A program made the translations under genes and the position numbers. From the NCBI GenBank assembly GCA_000388065.2, contig KB932204.1: 31,434 nucleotides of DNA; one strand, written 5' to 3'. Source of the stretch: Fonticula alba ATCC 38817. Taxonomy: Eukaryota; Protista; Nucleariida. Under the pieces are notes generated by a model. The model was not told where the DNA came from and did no database searches. It was given only the letters and a program-made list of their open reading frames with translations. This document shows positions 10,634-19,570 of this stretch, in pieces (position 1 is the stretch's first letter; every line of letters begins with the position of its first letter).

Positions 10634-11077
10634 ATGGTATGCGATCTGGCCTTCACCGATGCCCCCATTCCTCCTTCCCCACCTCTCTCTCTCTCTCTCT
10701 CTCGCCCTCTGCCAATCCTTCTGGCGATTGGATCGCCACCGTCGCCGATCTCACCACCACTGACCGGAATCTCTTCATTTCTCGCGTGCTCTCTCTCTCT
10801 CTCTCTATCCCCCTAGCCTCGTGCTACTGTCACTGTCCACCATGGCGGCGGCCACCACCATGGTGGCCACTACCACCACGGCGGCCACCATCATCACCAC
10901 CACGGCGGTCACCACCACCACCACCACGGCGGTCACCACCATCATGTTGTCCACCACCCCCCTCGCGCCCATGTGCATGTTCACCATGGTCACCATCATC
11001 ATGGCCATCACCATCATGGCGGTCACCACCACCACCACCATGGCCACAATGACCAGGCCTGCTGCGTCATCATCTAA
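10634..11077 (+). CDS. His/Gly-rich 87-aa microprotein with C-terminal CCVII prenylation motif. Exon 1 = ATG (10634-10636), intron 10637-10816, exon 2 = 10817-11077
   Basis: ccaATG|GTATGC donor, then a (CT)n polypyrimidine tract and CTAG acceptor (10813-10816) in phase 0. Translation: MPRATVTVHHGGGHHHGGHYHHGGHHHHHHGGHHHHHHGGHHHHVVHHPPRAHVHVHHGHHHHGHHHHGGHHHHHHGHNDQACCVII-stop(TAA). Synonymous CAC/CAT and GGC/GGT variation at third positions supports this frame. Confidence 0.8.
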
Positions 11078-11483
11078 GGGAGTTGCTTTCTCGCCGTATG
11101 GGTTGAGGTGTGTCCATGACGTGTGTGTGTGTGTGTGTGTATGTGCGCGCGCGCGCCCATGCCTACACACCGCCTGTGGCTGGAATGCCCTATTTTACTT
11201 CGTTCCCTTCTCCCCCCGTTGTCCCTCCCCAACTCCCTTGTTCTCTCTCTCTCTCTCTCCCTCCCTCCGCTCTCCAGTCCACTCATGGTCAGGAGAGAAA
11301 GGGGCCGGGGTCTTTTCATGTACATTAGTTCTCCCCCTCCTTGTGGTATCTTACCCCCCAGCGCGTGCTGGAAAATAACAATAGTCACCAATAGAAACCC
11401 ATCTTTCTTGCGACCCCCCCCCCCCTCTCTCTCTCCCTTCCCCGGTCGGTTTGTGGCAATCCGCAGAGGTATGTGCATTCTCG

Positions 11484-12972
11484 CTAAGTCCCATGTCGGG
11501 GGGATGTATCGTCGCGGCCGCGCAACAATCGATGCCCATACCCAAAGAGGGCATGCACTCCGCCGGAATGCACGACCAGCGAATCTCCCTCACCTGTCGA
11601 ACAGCCGATGGTGTGTCCGGAGGAAATGTCCATCTCGGCGGTCATGAAGAGCTTCCCCGAGTAGATGGGGTCCGTGAAAATCCCCGTGGCCCGAGCCAAT
11701 TGGGAAATATATGCCAGGACACTGGCCGGAGCCGAGCCAAAGGACCGGCCCGCCGGGGGCCGGAGGATTTCCAACTGGTGCTGATTCGCAGGGCTCTCCA
11801 AGGCCGGGGACTCCGAGTGCGGGGGAAAGTGTGCTGTCAGCTGGGCAAGTCCCGCCGTAGCTAGGGTCACCTGTTGGCGGAGTCCCGACGGGTCGCCCGC
11901 CATCAAGACCACCTTTGTGGTGACCGGCAGGCCGAGCCAGTCCATGGTGGCGGCAAAGGCCCCGGCCGAGAATCCCGTCCCGGCATCCATGTACACTGTG
12001 GCTGGGAGGCGGATTTCCCTGGGAAAAAAAAAACGAGACACATGCGGAAGGAAGACCCCGCCCGGACCCCGGCCCCGAGGTGGTGAGTCTTACTGTGCCT
12101 TTTCACGGGCGAGCAGGGGGCAGGTGCATTGGCGTGGCGTACTTGGCCAAAATGTGCTCGGCTACTTCCAGCGGAAGGCTCAGGGCACCCGGCAGGGAGG
12201 GAGCGAAGCAGAGGCCCTCGGGCAACACCTCCACCGGTCGGGGGGCCGAGAGAACGCGCCCGGAGGGATGGCCAGCCGCCAGGATGTTCGGTTGACACCA
12301 AGCGTCCTCCAGTTCGCGAGAAAGGACCCCGCGCTGGGCAAGATCCCGCCAAACGTGGTGCTCTGGCCGGTCGCCCGGCGCAAGATCCGTCAGATCCAGC
12401 ATTCGAGCCTCGGTGGGAAGATCAAAGAGGAGCTCAAGCAGAAGCTCATTCGGGGAGATCCCCCGATCGGGGCGTTCCATGGATGGTGACATGGCCAGAG
12501 GGTACACGCGTGGCCGGAGACCACCGCAAGAGGCTTGGCCCGGCGGGGGGGAGTCCTGGAGGCATGGGTTGGTCCGCCCGGAGTGCGCTTCCAGCAAGTA
12601 GGGAATGAGGACCGGGAAGCCACGCTGGCGAAGGACGGCCGCTGTGGCTGGCAGACTGTTGGACCTCCGGCCACCGATCATTGCGACGGCCGGCCGAGCG
12701 GTGCCCGGGTGGGGGTGGGACTCGAGCCAGCGCAAGCAGGAGGCCAACTTGCGGAGCTTATTGCCACCACACTCGGGCGCGCCGAGGAGATCATCGCGTT
12801 TCAGGAGAACTCGTCCAGGCGGCCGAGGGGAGGCGGACGTCGCGCCCACAATCGGCAGACATGCCGTGCTCAGCGCCTGAAGCGGGGAGGGACCAGCAAG
12901 AAGGGCAGGATCCACCAGGGACGTGACGATCTGCCGCAGGAGGGCGACCTTCTTCGTGATTGAGGGGTGCAT
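11484..12972 (-). CDS. dcyD: PLP-dependent D-cysteine desulfhydrase-like enzyme (ACC deaminase/DCyD family). Exons approx. 12972-12143 and 12018-11484; an additional 5' exon is possible
   Basis: Family motifs LLKRDDLLG..CGGNKLRKL (PLP lysine), IGGRRSN, VYMDAGTGFSA, GIFTDPIYSGKLF and VVHSGG. Intron GTACGC...TTTCCCAG joins AA|G in frame. A CTAA...CGCAG acceptor-like element 12 nt upstream of the ATG leaves the N-terminus uncertain. Confidence 0.85.
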
Positions 12973-13150
12973 CCTCCGGTTGCCCTGCGTTTGGGGGGTG
13001 GCTTAGTTGCTGATCCGCGCGAGATTGGGGCAGAGTCGGCGCGTGTATGTGCGCGAGCCTGTGTCCTTGTATCAGAGGAGGCCAGCGGTCATGGGTTGGT
13101 TGCTGCGAGGGGCGGAGTTGAGGCAGGGGCCGGGGAGAGGAGAGGATAGG

Positions 13151-13151
<1 letters not shown>

Positions 13152-13208
<57 letters not shown>
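13152..13208. repeat. (TG)n microsatellite
   Basis: About 28 perfect TG units. Confidence 0.95.
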
Positions 13209-13209
<1 letters not shown>

Positions 13210-14679
13210 TATGCGTGTATGTGCGTGTTGGTCTTGGACGAGGGCTCTCCGCCCGGTGAGGCCGGCACGCTCCGTAGATCGCCCCGCGCCCAAAAAGGCT
13301 CTGCCGGAGTTGGCAGAAGGCGAGGCACCCGAGCATCACGCGCGCGAATCACGAGAGATCACGTTCGGATGTAACTCCATTTAAAACACCATTCCCAGAG
13401 TACATGAGTCTCGTCAGTTGGTTGTATCCGATGCTCTGGCGATGTCCGGCCCGCCCCGAGCGGGCGGGATGGGTCCCTCATACCTACCCCCCCCCCGCCT
13501 GGCGGTGGCGTCAGGTGGCGTTCGTGCCCTCTCTGTCGCTGTGTTGCCCTGGGTTCCTGTGTTGTCGAGGTGGTCTGTCGGAAGGAGCCTCGTCCCGGCC
13601 TCGTCCCTTGCCAGTCCTCGGCCTGGTGGGGGACCAGATGCGCCCTCATTTAGGTTTACTTGGGAGCCAGGGAGCGATGGTCTTCCTCAACAGGTCCTCC
13701 ACTTCTCCTGTCCCCGCCCCCCCCTGTCCCGGGCCGCGGTCCCCTAGTTCGGACGCAGGACATGTTGGGGGCTGGTCCCACTCAGGGGCCCTTCTGGTCT
13801 TTTTTTCTCCCTTCTCCCTCTCGGGGGAGGGAGGGGGGGCACAACCAACTGGCTCGTGGAGGGTGTCTTGTCTTGGCAGACGCACATGGGTGTGAGGGCG
13901 GTCCGCTCCCGATGGGCTTTCTTGGGGGCGGCGATGTTGCCGACCGCCCTGCCAGTTGGCGGGGGGTGAAAAATTCACCCCCCCGTCCTGGCCCCGGTCT
14001 GGAGGGCCGCGCAACAAGACACTGCCCCCATTCCCTTTTGTGTGTTCCCCTCGCCCTCCTCCTGTCCTCCTTTCGCCTTCCTCTTCCCTGCCACCCTCCC
14101 CCCGTTGCCCCCCTGTTCTTCCTTGCCCACCCTCCCCCCCCCCCCCCGCTCGCCCACCCCCGCCCCTGCCCCCCTGCCGCCAGCACATGCATCTTGTCTG
14201 GGGCGGCTCGCCAGCGTGACGGTGTGACGGCCCATCAGGATGATCTGTTTCCTCGAGGATGTCTGGAAGCCGCCCCCTGAGGCGTCCTTCTCACGGAGTT
14301 CCCGTCTCCCGGAAACCTCGGCCTTCCTTTCCCCCTCTCTCCCTCTCCTCGAGGCCAGCTCCCCATGATGCGGACCGGCTCCCGCTCGCGCCCGGGTCCC
14401 TCTTCAGCACCGGATGGCTGCCGCACTTGTTCCCTCCCAGTGCCCTGGCTGGCTGGTTGGCTGGCTGGCTGGCGGCGGCGGCGGCGGCACTTCGGCCCTT
14501 GCCCGCATGCTCTTGCCGCGGGGTCTGGGCCTTGGAGCAGCCTGCTTGCCCCACTCAGTATGGTCACTTTCACCACTTGCACACTGACACCTTCCCTTCG
14601 TCTGTGTTCTCCCATCCCCGTCCTTCCCTGCCCCGCTTTTCTCCTTCACCAGGGTCCCCTTTGTCTTTACACCTCCAAC

Positions 14680-15526
14680 ATGTTCCGCGTTACTCCCGTT
14701 CTCCGCAAGCAGATGGACATCATGTCCGTTGTCCAGAAGCTCGGTGGCCGCATGACCGCTGTCCAGCGCGCTGAGCTCCTCGAGCTGAGCAAGCAGGTGC
14801 GTCTCCCCCCCCCTCCCTCTCTCTGCCCCTTCTCCCTCTCCGCGCCCTCTCTTTCTCCCAAGGACCATGCCCCGCCTCTGTCTCCGCTGACCCTTCCTCT
14901 CCTTGCACAGTTCACTGAGACCAAGCGCGAGCTTGAGGATCTTTCCAAGGAGCCCAAGCCCATCAACTGGGCCGCTTTCTCCTCCTCCATCAGCGAGAAG
15001 GGTCTGGTCGACTCCTACAAGGCTGCCTACGAGGGCCTCGTCGTCCCCAAGACCGATGTCGCCGCCGCCATTGCCGCCATCAACGCCCAGGAGGCCAGCG
15101 CCCTCAAGCTCGTCAAGGCTCAGGTCCAGGAGTCTGAGGCCCAGATTGCCAAGCTCCAGGCCCAGCTTGCCGCTCTCGACAACGAGGTCCCTCTCGAGAA
15201 GCAGACCGTGCGTATCTGTGCCTTCTCTCTCTCTCTCTCTCTCTCTCTCGCCGTGCACGTGCTGTCAATAGAGCAGCGTGCACGAAGCAGGGGGGCTCGC
15301 CTCATTGGATTCTCGCCACACCTCCCCCTCTTGCTTTCCTTTCTTCCCCTCCCTGTATCCTGGCGCCCAACTCCCCTGTGGAGAACCTCCCTCACTGACA
15401 CCATGCACACCCCCCCCGTGCTCATCTTTCTTCATCCGACAACAGATCGGCCAGATCCTCCGCGACAACCCCGAGGTCAACGCCGAGGTCGAGCTCCGCA
15501 TGCTCCGCACTGGCTACGCCGTCTAA
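14680..15526 (+). CDS. ATP7: Mitochondrial F1Fo ATP synthase subunit d, 164 aa. Exons 14680-14796, 14911-15207, 15446-15526
   Basis: Spliced product MFRVTPVLRKQMDIMSVVQKLGG...FTETKRELEDLSKEPKPINWAAFSSSISEKGLVDSYKAAYEGLVVPK...LAALDNEVPLEKQTIGQILRDNPEVNAEVELRMLRTGYAV matches the subunit d layout as I recall it (P..IDW..Y, ..P.E..T+.++....PE+...+). Two GTGCGT...CAG phase-0 introns; strong GC3 bias. Confidence 0.88.
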
Positions 15527-16441
15527 GTGTGTGTGTGTGCCGTGCTGTGCCTCCCTCCCAGCCATGCGCGCGTGCCTCCCGGTGTAGCTGCGTGTGTGTT
15601 TGCCCGCGTGGCCGCACGCATATGCACGCACGCGCTCGCCTCCCCGCCGCCCTTTTCTCCTCATATTTCCCCAGACCGCGCCGAAAGCCGCACCGTGTAT
15701 GCAAAAAGGAGGGGGAGAGGTCATGCGCCCCTCTTCCATCTGGTTGTCCTCCATGCGGCAGCTCTCGGTTGTCTGGCCTCCCTCCCCCCCACCCAATCAC
15801 CTTCCCTCCCCTGACTACACCAACACACTCCACAGCGCATCCATGCTCCGTGCCTCTGCCCCTCTTCTCCGCACTGATATTTCCCCCTTTTTTCTCTCTA
15901 TCCGGGTTTTTTTTTTTGCTCTCTTCCTCTTCGTGTGTATGTTCGGCAGACGGGGGGGGGGGGGGGGGATGTCTACTGGGGGAGGGGTGGGGGAGATGGG
16001 ATTTTGTCGACCGGTCACCTTTTTGTGACGGTGACTGAGCTCTCCGCCCACACCTCCTGGCCTCTCTGGCCCACTCTCTTCTGCTCGTCTTTGTTCCCTT
16101 CCCGCAGTGACCGAGTCTTGCGTACGGGGAGGAGAGAGGCCATGGATGTTCCCAGGCGCGGGGGCGACCATCTTCGAGGGCTCCGCGGCGTTAGCCGTTG
16201 TTCTGCAAGAGAGGACTCCAGAATAACATGTGTTCAGCCATTTGCGTTGGCATTCGCCGTGTGCTGTAAACAGCTCATCAGATCTCTCGCCGGGTCTTGA
16301 GACGTGTGGGTGTATTCACGTTGGCATGTTGCACCAAGGCCTGTTGGGTTCTCTCTTTGTTGATTAGAGTCTCTATCTTCGAGTTATCCATGGTCCCAGG
16401 GCCTCTCTTTGTCTATTTCTCTCTCTCTCTCTCTCTCTCTC

Positions 16442-16451
16442 NNNNNNNNNN
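16442..16451. other. Assembly gap (10 N)
   Basis: Run of N. Confidence 1.
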
Positions 16452-16581
16452 GGGGGGGGGGAGGCTGCCTTTTCGGCCTCCTCCCAGCTGGCCGGAGCTC
16501 CGGATCCCTGGGAAGACAGCCCCCGGCCATTCTCCCCCGTTTGCCACCTCCCTCCTCGCCCTTTGCTCGCCTCCCATCGCC

Positions 16582-17021
16582 ATGCATCCCCACCTTGCCG
16601 AGTGCATCAACAAGTCCAGCGAGCTGCTGGACCGGTGCCTGAAGGCGATTACCGCGCCGTTTGACGCCAGCCGCGTTGGCGAGGAGGCCGCCTCGCGTAA
16701 CATCACCTTCGGTGTGGTGCGTCCGATGGCCAGCGAGCAGGAGGCGGTCTCGCGGTGCTGTGGCCTGATGCTGGCGCTGTCTGTCTTGCCCTTTGTCGTG
16801 CCTGCTTAATCTGCTTCATGTGGCTGCCGGTGTTGCCGCTGCCGCAGCCATGCCGCGACTCCCTTCCAACGGCATGATGCATGTTTCCTCCAGCACTGAC
16901 CTGTTCCCATTCCCCCTCCGCCCGTCCAATCCCCCCTGGCCGATGTCCCCGCCTCTGGGTCCAGCTTGCCGCGATTGGTGGTCTGCTGCTGACCAGCTAC
17001 TCTGTCCATCGCCGCCGCCTT
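16582..17021 (+). CDS. Small putative single-pass membrane protein. Exons 16582-16716 and 16965-17021; 3' exon unresolved
   Basis: gccATG start, coding-like GC3 bias, and GTGCGT donors after 16716 and 17021 with a CAG acceptor at 16964, all phase 0. The join gives ...ASRNITFGV|[19 protein letters not shown], a hydrophobic helix followed by a basic stop-transfer patch. Confidence 0.5.
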
Positions 17022-17026
17022 GTGCG

Positions 17027-17197
17027 TCTCTCTGTCTCCCTCTGTCTCCCTCTGTCTCTCTTTGTCTTTCTCTCTCTCTCTCTCTCTTTGTCTTTCTCTC
17101 CCTTTGTCTCTCTTTGTCTCTCTCTCCCTTTGTCTCTCTTTGTCTCTCCCTGTCTCTCTCTTTGTCTCTCCCTGTCTCTCTCCCTGTCTCTCTCCCC

Positions 17198-17295
<98 letters not shown>

Positions 17296-17314
17296 GTCTC
17301 TCTCCCTGTCTCTC
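17027..17314. repeat. Compound (CT)n/(CTGT, CTTTGT) microsatellite, with a further (CT)n at about 17459-17496
   Basis: Directly visible; source of the spurious RERE/LSLS ORFs. Confidence 0.95.
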
Positions 17315-17456
17315 GTCCTTCCCCCTCGGAGTTTGAGACATTGCGCAGATTCGCCTCGGCAATTGTGGGGGTGATGGGTTGAGGCATCTGACCTTTTTCT
17401 GGTTCGGTGCAGCCAACATCCCACCTCCAATTTGATCAGCTCTCTCCCTCGCCCCT

Positions 17457-17500
<44 letters not shown>

Positions 17501-17684
17501 CGCTCCCCTCTCTGTCCCTGCCCCTTCTCTCGGGCGCAAGTAGCCTATATTTCCACTCGGGCCTGATTCTGTGCCTTATTTATTCCGGCTCTCTTCGCGT
17601 CCCCGCCCATCCGTGTGCCCGGGAAGCCACCCAGATCAAGAAAGGCCAGCACGCACACACAAACACACGCAACCCTCAAACCTG

Positions 17685-19538
17685 ATGAGCAACTTGCTGA
17701 GCTTCGTGGATCATAGTTCACGGAGTCCGGTCATGGCAGCGGTTGAGCTGCAGGTGTGTCATGCGCTGGAGGTTCTTGCCGTGGCTGGAGATCTTCCCGG
17801 GTCGCTGGAACTACTGTCCCGGTTAGCCGGCGGCCCGGCGGGTGGCCAGATCCGGGGTGGAGTAGCCCGGCTGTCGGCCGGCTCCTTGACGGACCTGGTG
17901 GGGCTCCTGGGCCCAACAGCCCCGAGTCGCCTGCAGTCCTGGTTCGCCTCGCGGGGAATGTCATGTCAGGCAGCCCGTCTGGCCCTTGAGCATGGTCACT
18001 TTGTACTTGGTGCGAGCATTCCTGTCTATCTGTGTGTGTCTGTGTGTCTGTATGTCTGCCTGCCAGTCTGTCTGCCAGTCTGTCTGTCTGTTTGTATATG
18101 TCCACTTCCGTCGGCTTCCCGATAGTTTCCATTGCCCGATGCGAGCGCCTCACCGCTTGGCCCGAACTTCCACTGATCACCTTTCGTCCTTCTGCGCTTC
18201 CCGACAGGGGCCGTGCTCCTTCGTCTGGGTCTCAGCTTCGAGGGGAGTGTTGAAATGCTCAATCGAGACGGCACAACCGGGCTCTTCCGCTCCTCCCTCG
18301 AGGCGTCTCTTCGGAGTGGGGACAGTGTCCTGCCTTTGGCGGCAGACCGGGAGGCCTGGTGGATGGATCGCTGTACCGCCGGCCGGACGGATCTCCTTCT
18401 GATAGATTCTGCCATTCGACCGGCCGGGCCATCCGCCAGGCAGATCTCCCCCTTTGCAGATGGGGTCTTGGCGCCGGGGAGGCCTGGGGCCGAGGTCGAC
18501 AGCACGTCGGAGCCCGAAAAGTCCCTCATCCGATCGTTGGCGGTGTCGATGCATGTGCGACAATTTGCCGCCTCGCCCTACCATGAGCTTCTCCTGAGTC
18601 AGGGCGGCCAGGTGTGGTCGCGAGGGACAGCACTCGCAGCGCAAGTGGCCTATGATGGGCGCCTGGGCCGGATGGAGGAGGCCCGCGGTGCGGATGGCTG
18701 GGCGCCAGTCCCCCTTCCCGAGGGGGAGGCGCCCCTTGTGCAAGTGGCCGCCGGGGTCCGGCACTCGGTCTTCCTCTCGGCCGAGGGGGCGGTCTTCGTG
18801 TGTGGATCGCATGGCTGGGGCCAGCTTGGCCTTGGGTATCCGCATGAAGTCTCGATAGCGGGTGACCCCACTGTTCGGTCATCTGGCGATCCGGGCCCCG
18901 GAGCCCCGGTCAGTAGTCTGGCATGTCCGTCCGTGAGTGGCCCACTGGCAGTGCGGCTGGCGGTTCTTCGCCCGCGGCGGCTACTGGCGGCGGCCTTCCG
19001 CGGTCGCCGCATCGCCGGTGTGGCAGCCGGATCTTGGCATTCGGTCTTCTTTGCCAGCCCCCTGGCCTGTTCGGGGCTTGGGCCCCGGCCGCCGAGCGAT
19101 TCGCATCCGGGGATCTGGGCATGCGGGCGGAATGTCGGGCAATTTGGTGCGCAGTATCCGGCCGCCGGGCAGGGGCCGGGACCTCGAGTTCCAGCAAGCA
19201 CCGTGGCCCCGGTGTCGCTGGCCCTGCCGGCCAATGTGACGGCCATCGCCTCGGTGGCAACTTCCGATGCGGCCGTGGCCGCTACCATCCTGCGTGGTGG
19301 GACTTTCGAGTGGGTGGTCTGGTCGCGACATGGGTCTCGCACGATTCCCCTTCCCGGGGCGTTGTACGGCGCCCCGGCCTGGGTGGCCAGTGCGGCCGGC
19401 GTCCGGTCTGACTGTAACGCCTGCACGCTGGGCAATGACACTCGGTGCACCTGCTCAGGCGAAGGCCCGGGTGTCGGGGGCGACGCGGTGCCCGCGGCCG
19501 CGGGAATCCTCTGTGGAACCGATCGCGGGGTGTTGTTG

Positions 19539-19570
<32 letters not shown>

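Noticed and set aside
6040-10634. Long ORFs in the intergenic region (e.g. 6384-7454, 6968-8281, 8164-8508, 9439-10425)
   Set aside because: No recognisable domain, no GC3 bias and no consistent splice chain. Long ORFs arise by chance at this GC content. A cryptic gene or lncRNA cannot be fully excluded.
10805-11378. ORF-track products here: a Val/Met-rich membrane-like protein (10805-11170, -) and a Thr-rich mucin-like protein (10821-11378, +)
   Set aside because: They are the antisense and shifted-frame readings of the CAC/CAT repeat. Only the His frame has third-position synonymous variation, matching splice signals and a meaningful terminal motif.
11484-12972. ACC deaminase (acdS) call
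   Set aside because: Lacks the diagnostic Glu and Leu; has Ser/Ser instead.
16234-16280. Possible box C/D snoRNA on the minus strand (TGATGA...CTGA)
   Set aside because: Only 47 nt box-to-box, no terminal stem, and no evident rRNA guide.
16793-17539. ORFs rich in RERE, LSLS, CVCV or HTHT (also around 13072-13374 and 11110-11328)
   Set aside because: They are translations of (CT)n and (GT)n microsatellites in introns or intergenic DNA.
17683-17687. TGATG stop/start overlap suggesting operon-like coupling into IBTK
   Set aside because: The upstream ORF (17407-17685) is mostly microsatellite translation, and nothing supports translational coupling in this eukaryotic context.
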